Shown here one piece after another: positions 39,201-54,200 of a DNA stretch of 64,000 bases (positions are counted from its first letter, which is position 1; every line of letters begins with the position of its first letter). The translations under genes were made by a program, and so were the position numbers. This DNA is from Haplodiscus bocki (Eukaryota): NCBI GenBank assembly GCA_965655095.1, contig OZ296657.1, positions 78,306,001 to 78,370,000 on the forward strand, given 5' to 3'. The notes beneath the pieces are model-generated. The model was given only the letters and a program-made list of their open reading frames with translations. It ran no database searches and was not told the origin of the DNA.

Positions 39201-42200
39201 CGAAAACGAGAAAGTCCGGTTGAGATAGAACTTTCAGTCGATATATTTTTTGAAATTATCTTTCAAAAGTTGCAATAATTCATGACGCAAACGTGGAACA
39301 CTAAATTTTTTTATTGGAAAAAGAATTCAATTTTTTTTACAAAAATGTGGGGCAAGTGGCAAGGTAATTTTTGACATACGCACAGCAACAACAAAAGTAC
39401 ACGTAGAGTATAGAATAAGTAGAAGCAGCCACACTTGTTGGCAGGAGAAGCGATTACAGATTTCAGTTCTGATCAACTGAGAACGATGACACTTGAAAAC
39501 GGAGGGTAGGTTGGATTTGGTTGGGTAGGTTCGTTCATTCAACTGCTTCATTGAACTTGCTTTGCCTCAAAATTTGAATGGAATTGGGCTGCCTTCGCAC
39601 GTTCAACGCAACAAATGCAATGTACAGTTCATGTATAACATTATCCAGAGTGTGTTCGCAGCACTGCCTGGTTCGAAGTTGAAAACAAGAACTTGAAAGC
39701 AGACACCGCGAAAATTTGCTGCGAGCAGGAAACAGCAGAATTTACCATTCAGAGCAGATTGAGCAGAATGGAAAAATTTCCTGTTTATGCTCTGATTTTT
39801 AAAACAATCAAAAAAGTCTCGTCTGCCAACACAATGAAAGAACATGTGACTGAAAATCTTGACGTACACTGAAATACTCACTAAAAATCCAAGAAAAACG
39901 AGCTCAAAAATATTCACAAAAAAGTTCATGATTTGATAGTTTTTGGTCGGAGATCATTTTTTGCTTTGGAAAGAATAAATTCAATAATTTTTGAATTTTT
40001 AGAAAAGCAGAAAAAAAGCAGATTTCATTTAGAGCGGCAGCAGAATTTTGGTTTGAGGGCAGCAGATTTTCGCAGTGTCTGGTTGAAAAGGAAGGAACGG
40101 ATGAGCGAAACGAAACACGATAAAAGTACAAATACAGAGTAGTACGACAAAGGCGAGTACGATAACTGCACAACAGTTAAGTAGCCCATACAATATGTAA
40201 TATGAACAACACATAAACAACCGATGGGCCCAGTAGTGGGTGCTAACATTGGACAGCAACGCGGGTGGGGCGGGCGCGTTTGACTGGCAAGGGTAAGGTC
40301 ATATGTACATGGTACATTTTCGATGTATGCATGAATATTCAAGTATTTGAGTGTGTGTGTGTGTACTGTACTGAAATGTACTATGACCACCGACATCGAA
40401 ATTACCTTCAACCCCAATTAGCTTTAGCCGAATAGCCTCTGCTGTTATGTCATCCTTCGATGCAGAAGCGAGTCTTGTAAAAACAACACTTTCATCATTT
40501 GCCATCGCTAAGAAGGATGCTCCAACTCAAAATATGTATAAGTATACAAAATATGTTTATGTATGTACACTTTATGATGCATAGATCAAAGCTTGTTGCC
40601 GAACGTCGGGCCACTCTATTGGATGAAACTGTAAATGATGCAAAACGACTACATAATTATGATACAGTTATAATCAGAAACGGTTTCGAATGCTCCTTTG
40701 GCCAATTTCAATTTAGAGCGAAGCGGAGGTGTCGATTAACAAGTCCGAATGAATAAAATAAATTTTGCGTTAACCAATCAAATTTAAGCAACTTAAATGC
40801 GCGTGCATCTTGGAATCATTTATTATAACGTAGTGGGACAAGTATTTCTAATATAGAATTGTTAAAAAGTCGCCACGTAACAAATCCCGAGCGTAGTGAG
40901 GGCACGCATACCGCCCTCCAAGAGAGCGAACCGGATGATGTGGCAGTGCCCAATGCACCGGTTTCAATACTAATACTTTTTTAGTTTACCTAAATTATTT
41001 TCGGACTTGTGAATAGCCGCTCAAGCGAAATTTCCCAACACATATCAATTTGAAATTGAATATGCCATGATCGGGGACATGACTTACGTAAATAAGAGAT
41101 AAGCTCTCAATCAATCATTTGTTTGAGAACAGTTAGTTAAATTGAGATAAGTTTCTGTCAGACAATCTCATTAATTTCAAAATGACTGGTCAGAAATGGC
41201 TCAAAAATGAAATTGCTGAAAGCTTCAGAAAAAACATAAGCACCCAGGGGGCGAGGAGGCTCGCTCTTAGCTTAGCAAATATAATTTCAGGCAAAACTGG
41301 TATTCTCACAAAACTGTTCAAAACATTTCGAGCGACGAAAAATGTTTTAAAAGATTCTGCAAATTTATTTAGAATTTTTTCGGATTTTTTGACTGGTGTC
41401 TTACACTTTTTGTACTATTCCACATAATTTCACCATTATAGCAATCAAAGATTTATGGTGACATTTAGTTACCGTAAATGTTCCAAACATCAGTAAAAGT
41501 GGCAGGAGTTTGGCGCGACAGTTTACGCAGTACGGAGTCTGTGAAATATATGGCGGGCAATGTGAACAATAGTTGACGCAGTATGCCGCCGGAATTGGCA
41601 AAATCGCGGAGAAAAAACAAAAGTCTACGAACTGAATTGAAGATTTTCCTTTCGTAATAAATTACGACTGAAAATAATTAGCCATATTATGTCAATCATG
41701 ATTCAATAGGACAACCTAATTGCAATTTCTAAGACCAATATTTCGAACATTAGCACATTTTATTACAGAACGTGAAAATGAAAGGCACACGCCAACTGTC
41801 TCGAAAGGTCTTTTACAAACGTTTACGCCACAAAATTTTTGAGCAGGAAAAAAAGATGTAAAGTCAGAATGTTTTTAATTAAAAACAGCCAAAACCTGCT
41901 GACCAAAAACAAGTCTTTAAAAAAATGACGCGTGGAAGCCAGTACCCAGTAACTACTTTTACAGACCTTAAGGCACGAAATTGTCCGGGGTAGCGCTAAT
42001 TGGTTAGGTTACGGCATTTAAAGAGTATAAAGGGGGGATCGCGGTTCAAGTTTCAGCATAAGGTATGTATTTTAATGAGCGCTATGCCTCAGGAATGGTA
42101 GTTTTACCTGTGTGTATGCAGTGGCATATTGTGCGGCGAGAAGAGGGTTGCTGGCTGCTCCGGCATTGGCCATTCCGGACATCTGGGCGTTGAAATGTTG

Positions 42201-45200
42201 TTGCATTTTGCGAATGGCTCGTTCACGTTCTGTGTCGGCGAATTTCACAACAATACTTGAAGATGCTCCCTGCAAGTTACAACAATAATATCAATAAACA
42301 GGTAATAATATCTAACCAATTCTATCAATCGATTAAAAATCGATTAAGTGGTAACTTAAGCTTCGATGCAAATTATTTCTGGTAATTCCGGTAAGATTTG
42401 TATTACCATTAAAACCGTTATTTATTTAGAGAAATGGCATATGGAATGGAAGAACTACTGTATTAGTAAGTATATTTAAAAGTCAATAGCAAAGAGCGAG
42501 TTTGAAAAAACGAAACTGAGAATAACAAAATTTGTCAAGACTTGACGAGCCGAGAATAGCTTATCGCTTGGGGAAAAGTCGAAAAAAATCAGACGCGCGT
42601 TACTGTCGACGCTGCTTTGTTGCACACATTAAAGCTGGGGGAAAATTGCACGCATAAATATACGTTTAAATTGATTGCGATTATTGCATAATTTAAAGAC
42701 CATGTTTACCGGCTTCAGCCATAAACTTCCCGTTTGACTTGCGACGCATTAGCGCTTTCTGAAAGAGTTAATAAGCACGAAAAATAGTAGTCAGCACATA
42801 TATGACTTGATTTTTTTTCATTGATAAGCCAAGCACGAAGCAATATGTGAAATGCGATAAAGGCTAGCTTGGTTGGATTAGAAATGATTATTAAATGACA
42901 AAATTTGTTACCATTGCTAAAGTATTTTAACAAAGCGCTAAGCATTACTCGTAGTACCGCACCGTATATTTTTTCGTATGCTACACGCGCTACTGGTACT
43001 AGTGCCTGTACACGTAAGGTACGGTGAAGTACGTATTACCGTTCTTCGGGGACGGCGTCGACACATTGCTGCTTCACACTATGAGCAAGAAGCTTAGCAG
43101 ACTACAGATTATAACTTACAGATAAAGTAGCAAAAAGTACAGCAACAACAACAAACAACATTCAAGTAGTAAGAGTAAAAGTAATAGTACTACTATTCAT
43201 ATATCTGTGTGGGACCCGTTGCTTTCAACTCATCTCAGATCAGCTAAGTTCCTCAATTTTGAGCGCTGGAATTGGTTGGTTTGTTGGTCGTATTACAAGG
43301 CTGTTGGGTAGACCCCAACCTTACTTCATTATAGGAACAGGAAGAAGTTAACTTTTCCTTAATTGCAAAGTTAATTGGAATCGCAAGTGTGGAAAACGCG
43401 AAAGTATTCAAAAACATCATTTTCCATTTCTCCTTATCTCCTCTCCACACGAACTGCAGACTTTTCAAAGTGCTCCACCATTACTTATCACAGACTATAG
43501 CAAATATATCTGAGTTTAATAAGCAACGAATCAGCGAATATCTTTGGCGAAAACCTCCAAACACTTCCATAGTCTCACTTTTTGAACACAATCCTTTTCC
43601 ATGGTCTCTTTACTGAATAACGTATGAGGCATCCGTTTTTACCAATTACAAAAATTTGACGGCCTAAATTTGACTAGCAGCAAAAAAACACCTTAGTTGA
43701 AAGCAAAATCTCCAATTTATGTGAATATACAATGAAAAAACCTCAAATTAAAACTTTCCTGTTAGAGCAATTTGGCTTGTCAAAATGTGTTCAGAATATT
43801 AATTGAATTGATTTGCGATAGAAAAGCAACCGCGTTAGTAAAAATCAAACCCACAAAAAATCCATGCGTTTCCGAGCAATACAACAAATTCAATGACAAT
43901 ACAAGCCAAATCGACAAATTCAGCACTTGGAAGCAAACAAAAAAGTGATGCACTTAATAATATCAGAACATCTTCATACTGGGTGACCAGTTGTTCGTGT
44001 TTGGAATTGGAAGGAAAGCAAATGAATTGCCCATGTCTCATTCCAATCTGTACCTTACGGATTGATAGAGTTTTCCAATGCCCTCTATGCCAATTCGTCC
44101 TGTCTTAGCTTTCAACTTTTTACCACAGGTCCAATCTAAACCTTGTCAGAAAATGTATTTTGGATATTTGCGCAAGCTTTTCCTCTAAATTCTAGTCTCG
44201 GCTTCTCGAGGTCAGCTAAAGCTAACCTTCAGAAACATTAACTCTTCGCTCTTATTCCGTTTCCCGCGAATTGAGAGAAATGATTACAGAATGTCCCAAG
44301 GAGGTTTACACTTTTAAGTGTATTGACGAGGGGTTAAGAATAAAACTTTGATAAGTTAATTGATTGGCTCACTCTCGCCGCTACTATGATGGTCCGTATG
44401 CTCCCCGCTGTGCTCCCACGCAGCTTTGCAGCGTTTTAAAAAATTCAAAACATCACCCGCAATTCCTCTTTCGGACGAAGTCACAAAATGTTGTGCGAAA
44501 AATCGTCAAAAAAAGAAAAAGAGTAACACCAAATATTTCGTAAAACTGAAATTTTGTGAAGTCCCAAAAACCAGACGAAACGTATTTTGAAATGGAATTT
44601 TATGAATTCATTGACTACATTTATGACAAGACGGCCCGGCATAACTTAACCCGACTGCAATGTTTTATGGTCAACTTTTGAAAATAATTAAAAAATGAGG
44701 AGCTAGATTTCCTCGAAGATTTTCGTCAATTATCATCTCCCGCATGACTTTAAAAATGTCATGGCATTATTGATTGACCATTGCTCAAAGCAAAGTACGC
44801 AGCCTGCAATATTTTTCAAAATATTATTCTGAAATCGTAAAACTGTAATACCTTTATAGTGGAAATTCAGCCGTTACTGTTGATAAAAAACTTAGTTGAG
44901 TACCGAAAAAAACCACTACAAAACCCTTTTTGCCATTTTCTGCCAATGTGGCTGCCAATGCAAAGAACAGCAGTTGAAAAGTTTGTCCAGTAAATATTGT
45001 CGATTGCGACGTTGATGCAAGAATTGCAGCTGGTAGTTTGGGAAAAAAGTAGTTTGATTTTCGGAATTTATTACTGTTTGCACTTTTTAGCAAATTTGAT
45101 TCATCACGCTGTTTCTGATGCAAAGAATCTCAACCAAGATTTGTTATTGAACGACAGAGCTTCTACAAGTAGATACAATTGAGACTTTGACAGAAGAAAT

Positions 45201-48200
45201 CCAGCTGGTAGTTTCGAAAAAAAGTGACTTTGAATATCAAAAAGAAATACCAGGTATTTTTGGCGTTGTCCGGTTATTAAGAATTACAGAACAACGTGTT
45301 CCTGGCAAACTGCTTGAGAATAGCTTTTATGATGTTTGAAGCCCAGAAAAGAACAATATTCTGATACTGGAAGAAGTTTTCCATGGTAAGCAGCCCAATT
45401 TTTTAAAAGGCAATTGTTTGTAGATTTTGGAAGATTTGAAAAAGTCTGTTTCATTTCGATTCTTTTCAAGAGGAATGGCTTTTAGAAAACAGAACCTAAT
45501 TTTTCAAAACACCCTAAGGGTAATCGAAAGAACCTGCATTTTGAGACGAAGTGTATTGAACGATGTATTTAATTTTCTAAAAATATATAAAATCGGCTCT
45601 CAAAAGGATTCCTAACAGCTACTGGCGGGTTACCTAACCACTGTGACACCGCATATTAATATTATACTAGACGCTATGAAGTCCTCAACTCGAAATCTGC
45701 GTGACATTAGCAAATTCTGAAAAAGGAAAAAACTCCACCACTGAACTGCATATTTTCCCTTTAGAAAAAACTTTCGATAAAAATGAAAAAAGTTCGACGG
45801 AAAATTAAAAATTGGATTGGAGTAGAAAGACGATCCTCAACATTGTAATAAATTTTGAAAATATGGGTTAAACTGCTATTTGAACCCGTCTCTAGCGCTT
45901 CAGAACCATTTTGTCCTACCCACAGTGCTGTGGGAATTTTTGGAATTTCATAAATTTTAACAAAAAACAAAAACAAAAAGAAATTGCTATGCAGAGATTG
46001 GAGCCCGAACCTAGTATTTGAGAAATCTTTGTCCTAACCCCACTATATGTATTGGCAAAGTTCACCAAAAAAACGACCCTATTCATTGAATGTTTACAAT
46101 ATGAGGCGAAAAATGAACTTTTATCATTAACTGTTATTGCCATTCACTGTCATCATGAGCAGGCAATGATTCCTATGATGACTTTAGATTTGACGTGAGA
46201 TCGCGGACCTCATTTGAACTTATTGATTACAATTACCCCACAGCGTCGATTTTGCGCCAATGCTAAGAACTGAAACTCACTTGCTCAAATGAAGAACAAA
46301 TCACGTGTTAATACAAGTACCATACGTTTATAATAATCTTTGAAAGACGAAATAACAGTCAGGATATTTGTATACAAAATATGGACAGGAATTTAACTCT
46401 ACAACATCAACAGAAAAAAGTTCCTGAATAATTTTTGTGGGGGAAATCATCAATTTTGCGAAAACGATCCGAAAAAGTCAGTTAGCGAACAGGGTCATGT
46501 CTTACTTATTTTTCTTGTCTAAACTGAAGGGAAAAGTCCCAATTTGATACAAAGCTCTCCAAAAAATTATGAAAACTAGGTCAAGCAATCAGAGTTTAAT
46601 TATTTCACTTGTTGCCTCCAAGCCTCACCCGGCATTCAATTTTCATGCAGACTATCAAAACTGAACAAAATACAAGAAATGCATCTTGAAATTTAATTTA
46701 TGCTGCTGTTATTTTGTATTTTTGGTAACGTTTTCTTGGCAAAACGAATTTCGGAGCATGGTTCTATAATAAGCATCTTTTGTCGGTGCTTCCTACTAAA
46801 ACACCCGACCCGACCATTAGTGGTCGATGCATTTTTTCACCCCTCACTCCATAAAAGTGCTTAGCCCTGACTACTTGAATAAATTGCACGACTATTATTC
46901 AAATCCTGCGAAAACACCGATGACGAAAACATTCGTTAACTTTTTTCAAATAGAAAGCCACTAAAATTTTCATGCTAATATTCCAAATAGATTCGCGAAA
47001 AACTTTTACTTAGAAAAAAATTTTTTGAAATTGAGCCAAACCAAAATTCTCTAGCTTTTTCCATTATACGGTCGGGGTGACGTAGACTTGTGCCGTTCCC
47101 AACTAGTTTATACTACCAATTCTGAAATATAGATAAAACTATTTAAAGCTTGAAATCTTTCATAAACGGAGTTTGCATGTTCTCAAAAAAAGACACACGC
47201 TTTAGAAATGCCTTTTTCAAGCATCCACAGAAGCGCAGAAATCACTCTGCCCATTGATTCGAGGAAAAGTCATAATATCGAAATTTTGTCGATTTTTAGT
47301 CGGGGCTTTTACTTTAGGGAAAAAGCCGACCCTTGTAGTCACTGTTCTTATTATTTTCAAAGATTACAACGAATTGTCTACTTTTTCCCCTGGAATGTTA
47401 TTTTGAAGCATGCAATTACAGTCTATAACCAGCACGGGCAAGTACTCATAAACATCAGAAGGTGCCTTCTAGAATTTCTTTTCGGCACTGTGAGACAAAA
47501 GAAATTTTGTGCAAAAATCGTGATACCTCCCTTATGAATTTCTTTTCGATACCAGAAACTTTGAGAAACAGCACAGTGTCCCCCTACGAAATTTTTCGGT
47601 ACTGTGGGACAAAAAATTTGAAATTTTACCACGGTTTACCAATTTTTTTGCGCTCCCGACAGATAGGCAGCGCCGCCTCTGAGCTGTTCTCAGCTTGCTA
47701 CCTTTACAAGGAAACATTACTTACTTTGGAAAATTATCTCAGGAGAGAGGAGCGTTGATGATAGTGATACGTTTCAGATCAGACGATATAACTTGAGTTG
47801 ATACTGCTGCTGACGCAGGGCGGAGGTGAACAAATTATGGAAATGGTTGAAACAAAAGTGAACTACTGAGAGAACAAAAAGTGGAGATTGGCAGCAACTC
47901 TTGCTGTGTTGACTGATGGGAGTGAGCAAAAAAAAAAGACAGAAGAGCACTAGTATATGCAGTAAAAGGATCTCCGAAGAGCTGGAGACTAGCTGACGAT
48001 TACGGCAAGAAAAGGTATAATTGAAAGTTAGTTTCAAGTTGAGTTGCGCAAAAACCTTCTTATTCATTCAGGCTATCAATCAAGAGTCATCGAATAATGG
48101 CGCGAAATAGAAAATGATGGAAATAAAGAAAAGTCAATTTGATAAGAAAAATAGCAGGATAAATTAGTTAGAAACGGCATAATTACACTACAATACTTGT

Positions 48201-51200
48201 TGGTCGTTGTTGTTTGGAAAAAACAAACATTTCATATTGAAACCACCGTAATGACGATAAGACAAAAAAACAGCAGCACAAGATAAAACTATCTAACTAG
48301 ACGTTGACGTTGCTAACAACTGCTGCAAAGCGGAAAATAATGTTTCTAAAACATTGCTGCTCCTTCTGTAGACGCTTCGAAAGAAGCAGAACACTCACTA
48401 CTGTTCTAATATTTGTAAATGGTACCATAGCATAAATAGCAAAAAATGAAAACAACAACAAAATGTATTAATAGACGAGAGTACGCAAGCTGGAATTTTT
48501 TAGAAACATGTCTGCACAAAAGTATCATCGGCAGCTCTGTGCCACATCACGACAACAACTCTTCAAGTTAGCTTACTATTTATATATGAAAAAGTAGAAG
48601 TATAAGAAAAAATGAAGAAGTAATAGTTATAGTGATACTAGTAGTATAATGCCTTGTAGTAGTGATGCCAATGGATGTTGACTAGTGACACTGCCCTAAC
48701 TAGGATATTAGCTGTAGTTGTTTATGAAGTGTTGCCATACTTGTTTCTTCTACTTGGTTTACATAGTGTAAAAAAAATGGACAGCAACTTTCTGCTTTTC
48801 ATTTCTCTCTTCACCCTTTAACCCTTCCGCATATACCCCCTGTGTTTCTCCCCCTACACTTCCATTCAGTATGTGCTATTGTGCTGTCTTGTGCTTCCCC
48901 TACCTCTTAGTGTGGGACACGCAAAATGGGAAAATGAGTCGTTAATTCAAGTTGCCAACACAGTAATACTTCCATAAATCAAACGGGGGCGTCATCAAGT
49001 CTACAAGCGATAAGGGAGCTTTCCATAACACGTCATCCTATCCTAAACTACTACTACTACTACCCATCACCCTTTTATCTATCTATCTACCGATCTATTT
49101 TTTTCCTCCCATCCATCTTCGCTCCTATGCCTGTCGTTTACTACACAACCCATCTCAGCTCACCCCTCTTATAAACACCACCTGCAACACCCCCTTGGTC
49201 CCTCATTCCCAAGCCCATTACCCTCTTACCCTTTGCCTTACTCCTACTCTACGCTGCTACCATTGTCACATACTTTTCTCCGTATGCTAACGCCAATATG
49301 CCCTTGCATTCCTTCACATTCATCCTATTCTTCTTTCACACTTTATTTGTCAACTGGCTCTGAAATCAGTCTTCTCAAAACTTCTGAATACATAACTACC
49401 ATCTTCCACCATTGGCAAAATTATTGCATTGTTAACTTGACGTTGACCTTGGTTTGGGTACTTTAACATTTAATGTTTCAAAAAAAAAGATTATCAGCAA
49501 TGCAAAAAGTGATAGGTCTAAGATGTTCACTACTATTTGTGATGCGTTAAGCTCATTTCATGCGTCTTATTCACTACGCTAAGTATGTGCGGATTTCCCA
49601 AAAATTTTTCAACAGTCAACTTGGTTGTTTGTATCATATCATAGTGACCCTGATTTTTTTCTAAAATCTGAGAAATTAAACAAAATATAGTTTCTAACAT
49701 CTTCAACACACAGGTTCGATTCACAACCATTCGTCCATTCAGTTATCTCAGATTTCAAAAAAAATCTTTTTGTTCGTATAAAATGCAAGTAGTCACCTAC
49801 TACGTAACCTCATTTCTTATGGATTAATTTTCAAAACAGTGTTTCAAACCAAATTATTGCAAATTTGCCAGAGAATGAGACTGAAATAGAAAAATTTCTC
49901 AAAAAAACAAATTGGGTTTTTTCGAAGTTTTTTTCAAAAAATTACGTTTTTATCCTTCAAAAATACATCCTTAACAAAATTGGAGGGCGGAAAAAATGGC
50001 GGTAGCCGGGTGTCTCGTATTAACAATTTTTAATTAAAGTTTAAATAATATTTAAAACAATTGTTAAATGAAAAATTCTAACCTTTTCCGTGGAGTTCAG
50101 AAAAAAAATATTTCAATTGCAACAATTTTTCAAATGATCAATTGCTACCAACTAAATTTTCAACATTAAAGTGGTTTCATGGGTTTTCGGCATGCTTGCG
50201 AAGGAAGCAATTTCATTGGTCGGTTATAAAGGGAAATTGGTATCTTTTATTGGATGCATAATAGATAAAAAACAAGGAAATACTCATTAGAGAAGGAAAC
50301 AGAAATCAGACACTTAGTTTTTTCCTTTCATTTAATTACAGAGACCTCAATAACAACAAAAGGAAAACTAGCCGCATCGTTCAAGTTCACTTGGAAGATA
50401 GATAAAACCCTTGGAAGAGGGAAAAGGTTGTCAAAGTGATACCAGCTATCAATTTTCGGGGCATTTGCTGCAGACCAGGTTCCTCGGATAATTGGAGCAG
50501 AAAGAAACATCAAAATTGCAAAATTGCAGCTCGTTATGGAACTCCATTTCTCAAAAAAAACGGAACAAAATTTTCATCCGCTAAAGTTAACAAATAATTT
50601 CTGAGACAGTTTCAGTTCTGACACATTCTGCTTTGCAAAAAAGGAAGAAAAAATGTGAAAAAGAAAACGAAGACAACTAAATTGACCGACGAAGACCCAA
50701 GTTTTGCTTCCATCAAAACTCGCTTAAAATTTAATTTGTAATAAAATTGAATTTGATATCTATTCATATTTCGTTTGTTCATTGCCTTGCAAAAAATTAT
50801 TTTCAATTGTTACTTCAAATAATTTTGATGCTAAACTTTACATGTACTTAAACGTGGGATACGAAACAGCTCATCTTAATTGCATTCCGAAATTATACCT
50901 TTAGTTCCTTGAATGGTTTTTCGTATAAGCCGAATGATAAACTTTTGACTCTTAGTTAATCTTAAGATCCTTCCAACAAAAATCTGATTATTAAACACTA
51001 GGCTTATTCAAATATTGCTTCGGTAAGCGAAACTTTATACTTCCAACAAAAACTAAATGGATAATATTGAATAAGGTCGCTCAAAATTATCCGTTTCGAA
51101 AGTTTTCAAAAATGAGAAACCAAGCACTTTAAATCTTGCTGGTCTTAGCTCCAAGAGAAATAGTTAATTGCAACATTAAAATATTGGACTTTCAGGCCGC

Positions 51201-54200
51201 ACTAGAAAGTCAAGATTTTACAAATGGTATTCAAGGTTTCTTAACAGCTGAAGGAATGACGAGCAAGATTCGATGTACTTGGTAACTTTTTAATGTTAAT
51301 CAACTAATCAAAACAACCAAAAAGCAACAAACCAGCAAGTCCAAAACAAATTTGGACGGATAAAAAACGGATGGCCAGTGTTGGATAGTACAATGACGTA
51401 CAGGGTTATAAGGAATTAGCATCTAATAATTATAATAAAGTGCAAACTAACCGGCATCGTCTTCGTTCCATGGATCTTCTCGATGGCTTTGACCGCTTCT
51501 GAGTGTTCTTTGAACTTGATAAAAGCACAGCCTGAAATATCAGCGTTTGTAGTAGCCACCTGATTCATATTTGTTCACAACCGGTGTCGCTACGATTCGG
51601 CTCACAGAGAGAACAGAACAATTTCCAAGGCAAACAGACGCAAACTTCCAAAGAGGCCAATTCAACTTGAAGTTGAATTAAAAAAACTCGTTCCACAGTA
51701 CCGTGCTACGTACATGCACGGAATTCAGGAAGAGCAAATTCGAGCTCCAGTATTAATATAAACTGAGTTGGAAAAGTAAATTGCGTTAAAAAAGAGACCT
51801 TTTGCGCGCGTGTACGTTCAGCAAAGTTAATTGAGTTGCTTTTTTGGAGGCAAAAAACGGCTGTGGGAAAATCAGTTGGTGTTTTTGTATAATTGGGAAA
51901 TGAATAATTCACAAAATTGTGCGAAGAGTTCAAATATTGCGTCGTCAGATGGTATTGTTCAAAGTGTCTGTCTGCTGCTGTACACAATTACTGGTTAGCT
52001 TGAGAATATTAAGTGGAGATAAAAATATTAAGTATTAAATATATAACTAGGTCGACAAAGAAACAAGAACGAGGCCGTAGTTGCAGCTTCTATTCCTCAA
52101 ATTGATGTGAATTGCTCTTCTTCTCTCTCTCAGGTTATCAGGCTACATTTTGTGGAAAAATTAGGGAAGATGTTCCAGAAAAGAGTACGATGCTTACTTA
52201 TTATTGACAAACTAAATTCAAGTAGAGTATGGATGATAAATTAGCTGAATCGTTGCAGTGTGAATCCTTTCCACAGTGCTATTACGTACGTATCAGACGA
52301 GGACGTCGTTGAACGCGTGGTGGGAGTAGAAGTAGAAGGACTACTTCTACCTCTATTGGGGAAGTTGTTCTTGGACTGGAAAAATTAGAAGTAGAAATAG
52401 GAATATAAGGGGAGAGGATACAAAGTATAAGAAGAGAAAATAGAAGTAAATAGATCGAGTAAATAGCTAATAAAAGGAAAAATAAAAGCCCCTGGTACAA
52501 CAATATATGCTTGCTTGCCTTGCCTCCTTCCTTACTCTGACTACTTTTACTACTCCTGTATTTTCCACAACCACGACCACGGCTACCACTCTCCTAATGG
52601 TAGCGGCAACTACTCTCCTCGTAGTACTACCACTTCAGCTGCTTCTCCCGTGCCTTTTTTTTACTTCAGACCCTCCTGCATAACTTATGGACTGCGACAA
52701 CTAATATTCCGTTATGTCTGTCGGTCGTGGTCTATGTCTTTTTCCCAGGTATCTTTGTCACCGCTAGTTGTCAGATGCTCTGCTACCCTTCCTGTTCTGT
52801 CTGGGTAAAGGGGTTGTGCTCCTGTTGCTCTCTCGCTCAATTCTACAACTACAGTCCAAAAGAACACTCCGTGGGTTCCAACATAGCTGACTTTTGTACC
52901 CTGCACTGAGTATTTTTTCCTTCGCTGTCTAGTTCTCAGTAAGTATCGCTTCGGGGTGCAAACGTGACGATGATGATACCCTTGGTGTTGCTAATGATTT
53001 CCTCAAGCGGCTGCAGTGAAATGGGCCAGGGAGTTATGAATACGGTCCTGCCGACAATGAAAGTGATCAGACTCCGCTAAGCTAAAATAGCTCTTGAAGC
53101 AAGACAAAAATGAAACGCCACGACACGTCTTTCAATGTCAATTTGAAGTGTCAGCAAAGCAAAGCACTGCTTTTAACGACTGTCGCCTTCAGTTTTCGGT
53201 CGCTCCGCCGCGCTGGTCCTGCCGATAGAGGGCATTTGCAATTAGAACATAGGTATAACAATGTCGATAACCATGAAGAGTCAGAGCGCGCAAATTACAA
53301 TGAAAGGGGTAGCTCAGTAAAAAAAATAGCAAAATAATGGAAGAATGTATAACGAAAAATAAAACGGTCCCCGCAGAAAACAGACGTCCCAGTAGTAGTC
53401 CCTTAACACTTTATCCTCCAGCGAGTATTCTGTCTCTTTCTACCTCTCTGTTTGTGTACCGCACATGCACGCTTAAGTTGATAGTAATTTTCCGTTCTGT
53501 TGGTCCCTTCTTTTTTAGCTTAGCTTTTCAGCAACTCAGCTCAGTTCGTTTAGCTTTGCTCTCGTAATGAATGCAAAATGAGCCGGCAAAAAATAACAAA
53601 AAAAAACAGAAAAGGACCGCTGTAGTAGTGGCGATGTAGACCGAAAACAGTTAATGTTATGGTGGTGCTAACTGTACATTAGGAAATGAATAGTATGAAT
53701 AGTAAGAAGAATGTATGGTATGAAAACATGTGCCGTGCAAAAAGTACAGTACTACAGTAGTATATGTATGTATGTATGTATGTATATGTATATATTTTTA
53801 TGTGAATGAATGAATGCGCAAGGCGGAAAGCGTTTTTGCAGTGACTGTAAATACTACGAACTGCGGCCTCCACTAATGATAATGGATCTGACTTTTATTC
53901 AAACCAATTCCCAGCACACTTTTTTTATGTTCATTATTCATTTTAATGGTCTAATCCCGACTCAACAAAGATTTGACAGGCCAAGATGGATGTTATTTCG
54001 GAAATGAGTTGAGTTGCTTGACTACTGTACTGTGAAGATCAAAATATTTCACGCATTCCATCAAAAAATTCACACCTAGCTGCGTCAAGCTTACAAAAAG
54101 TCATTGTCATCTTTTACGATTGAAACAACGAGCGGAAATGAATTTTTATGCTTTTAGTTTGCTCACACAGCAAACAAATAATGATTACTTGTCAACTTTG

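Noticed and set aside
46629-46660. Exon-like segment ending ATGCCGG|gtgagg, resembling the end of the RRM2 exon
   Set aside because: It has an immediate in-frame stop and no RRM similarity, so it is not a mutually exclusive duplicate exon.
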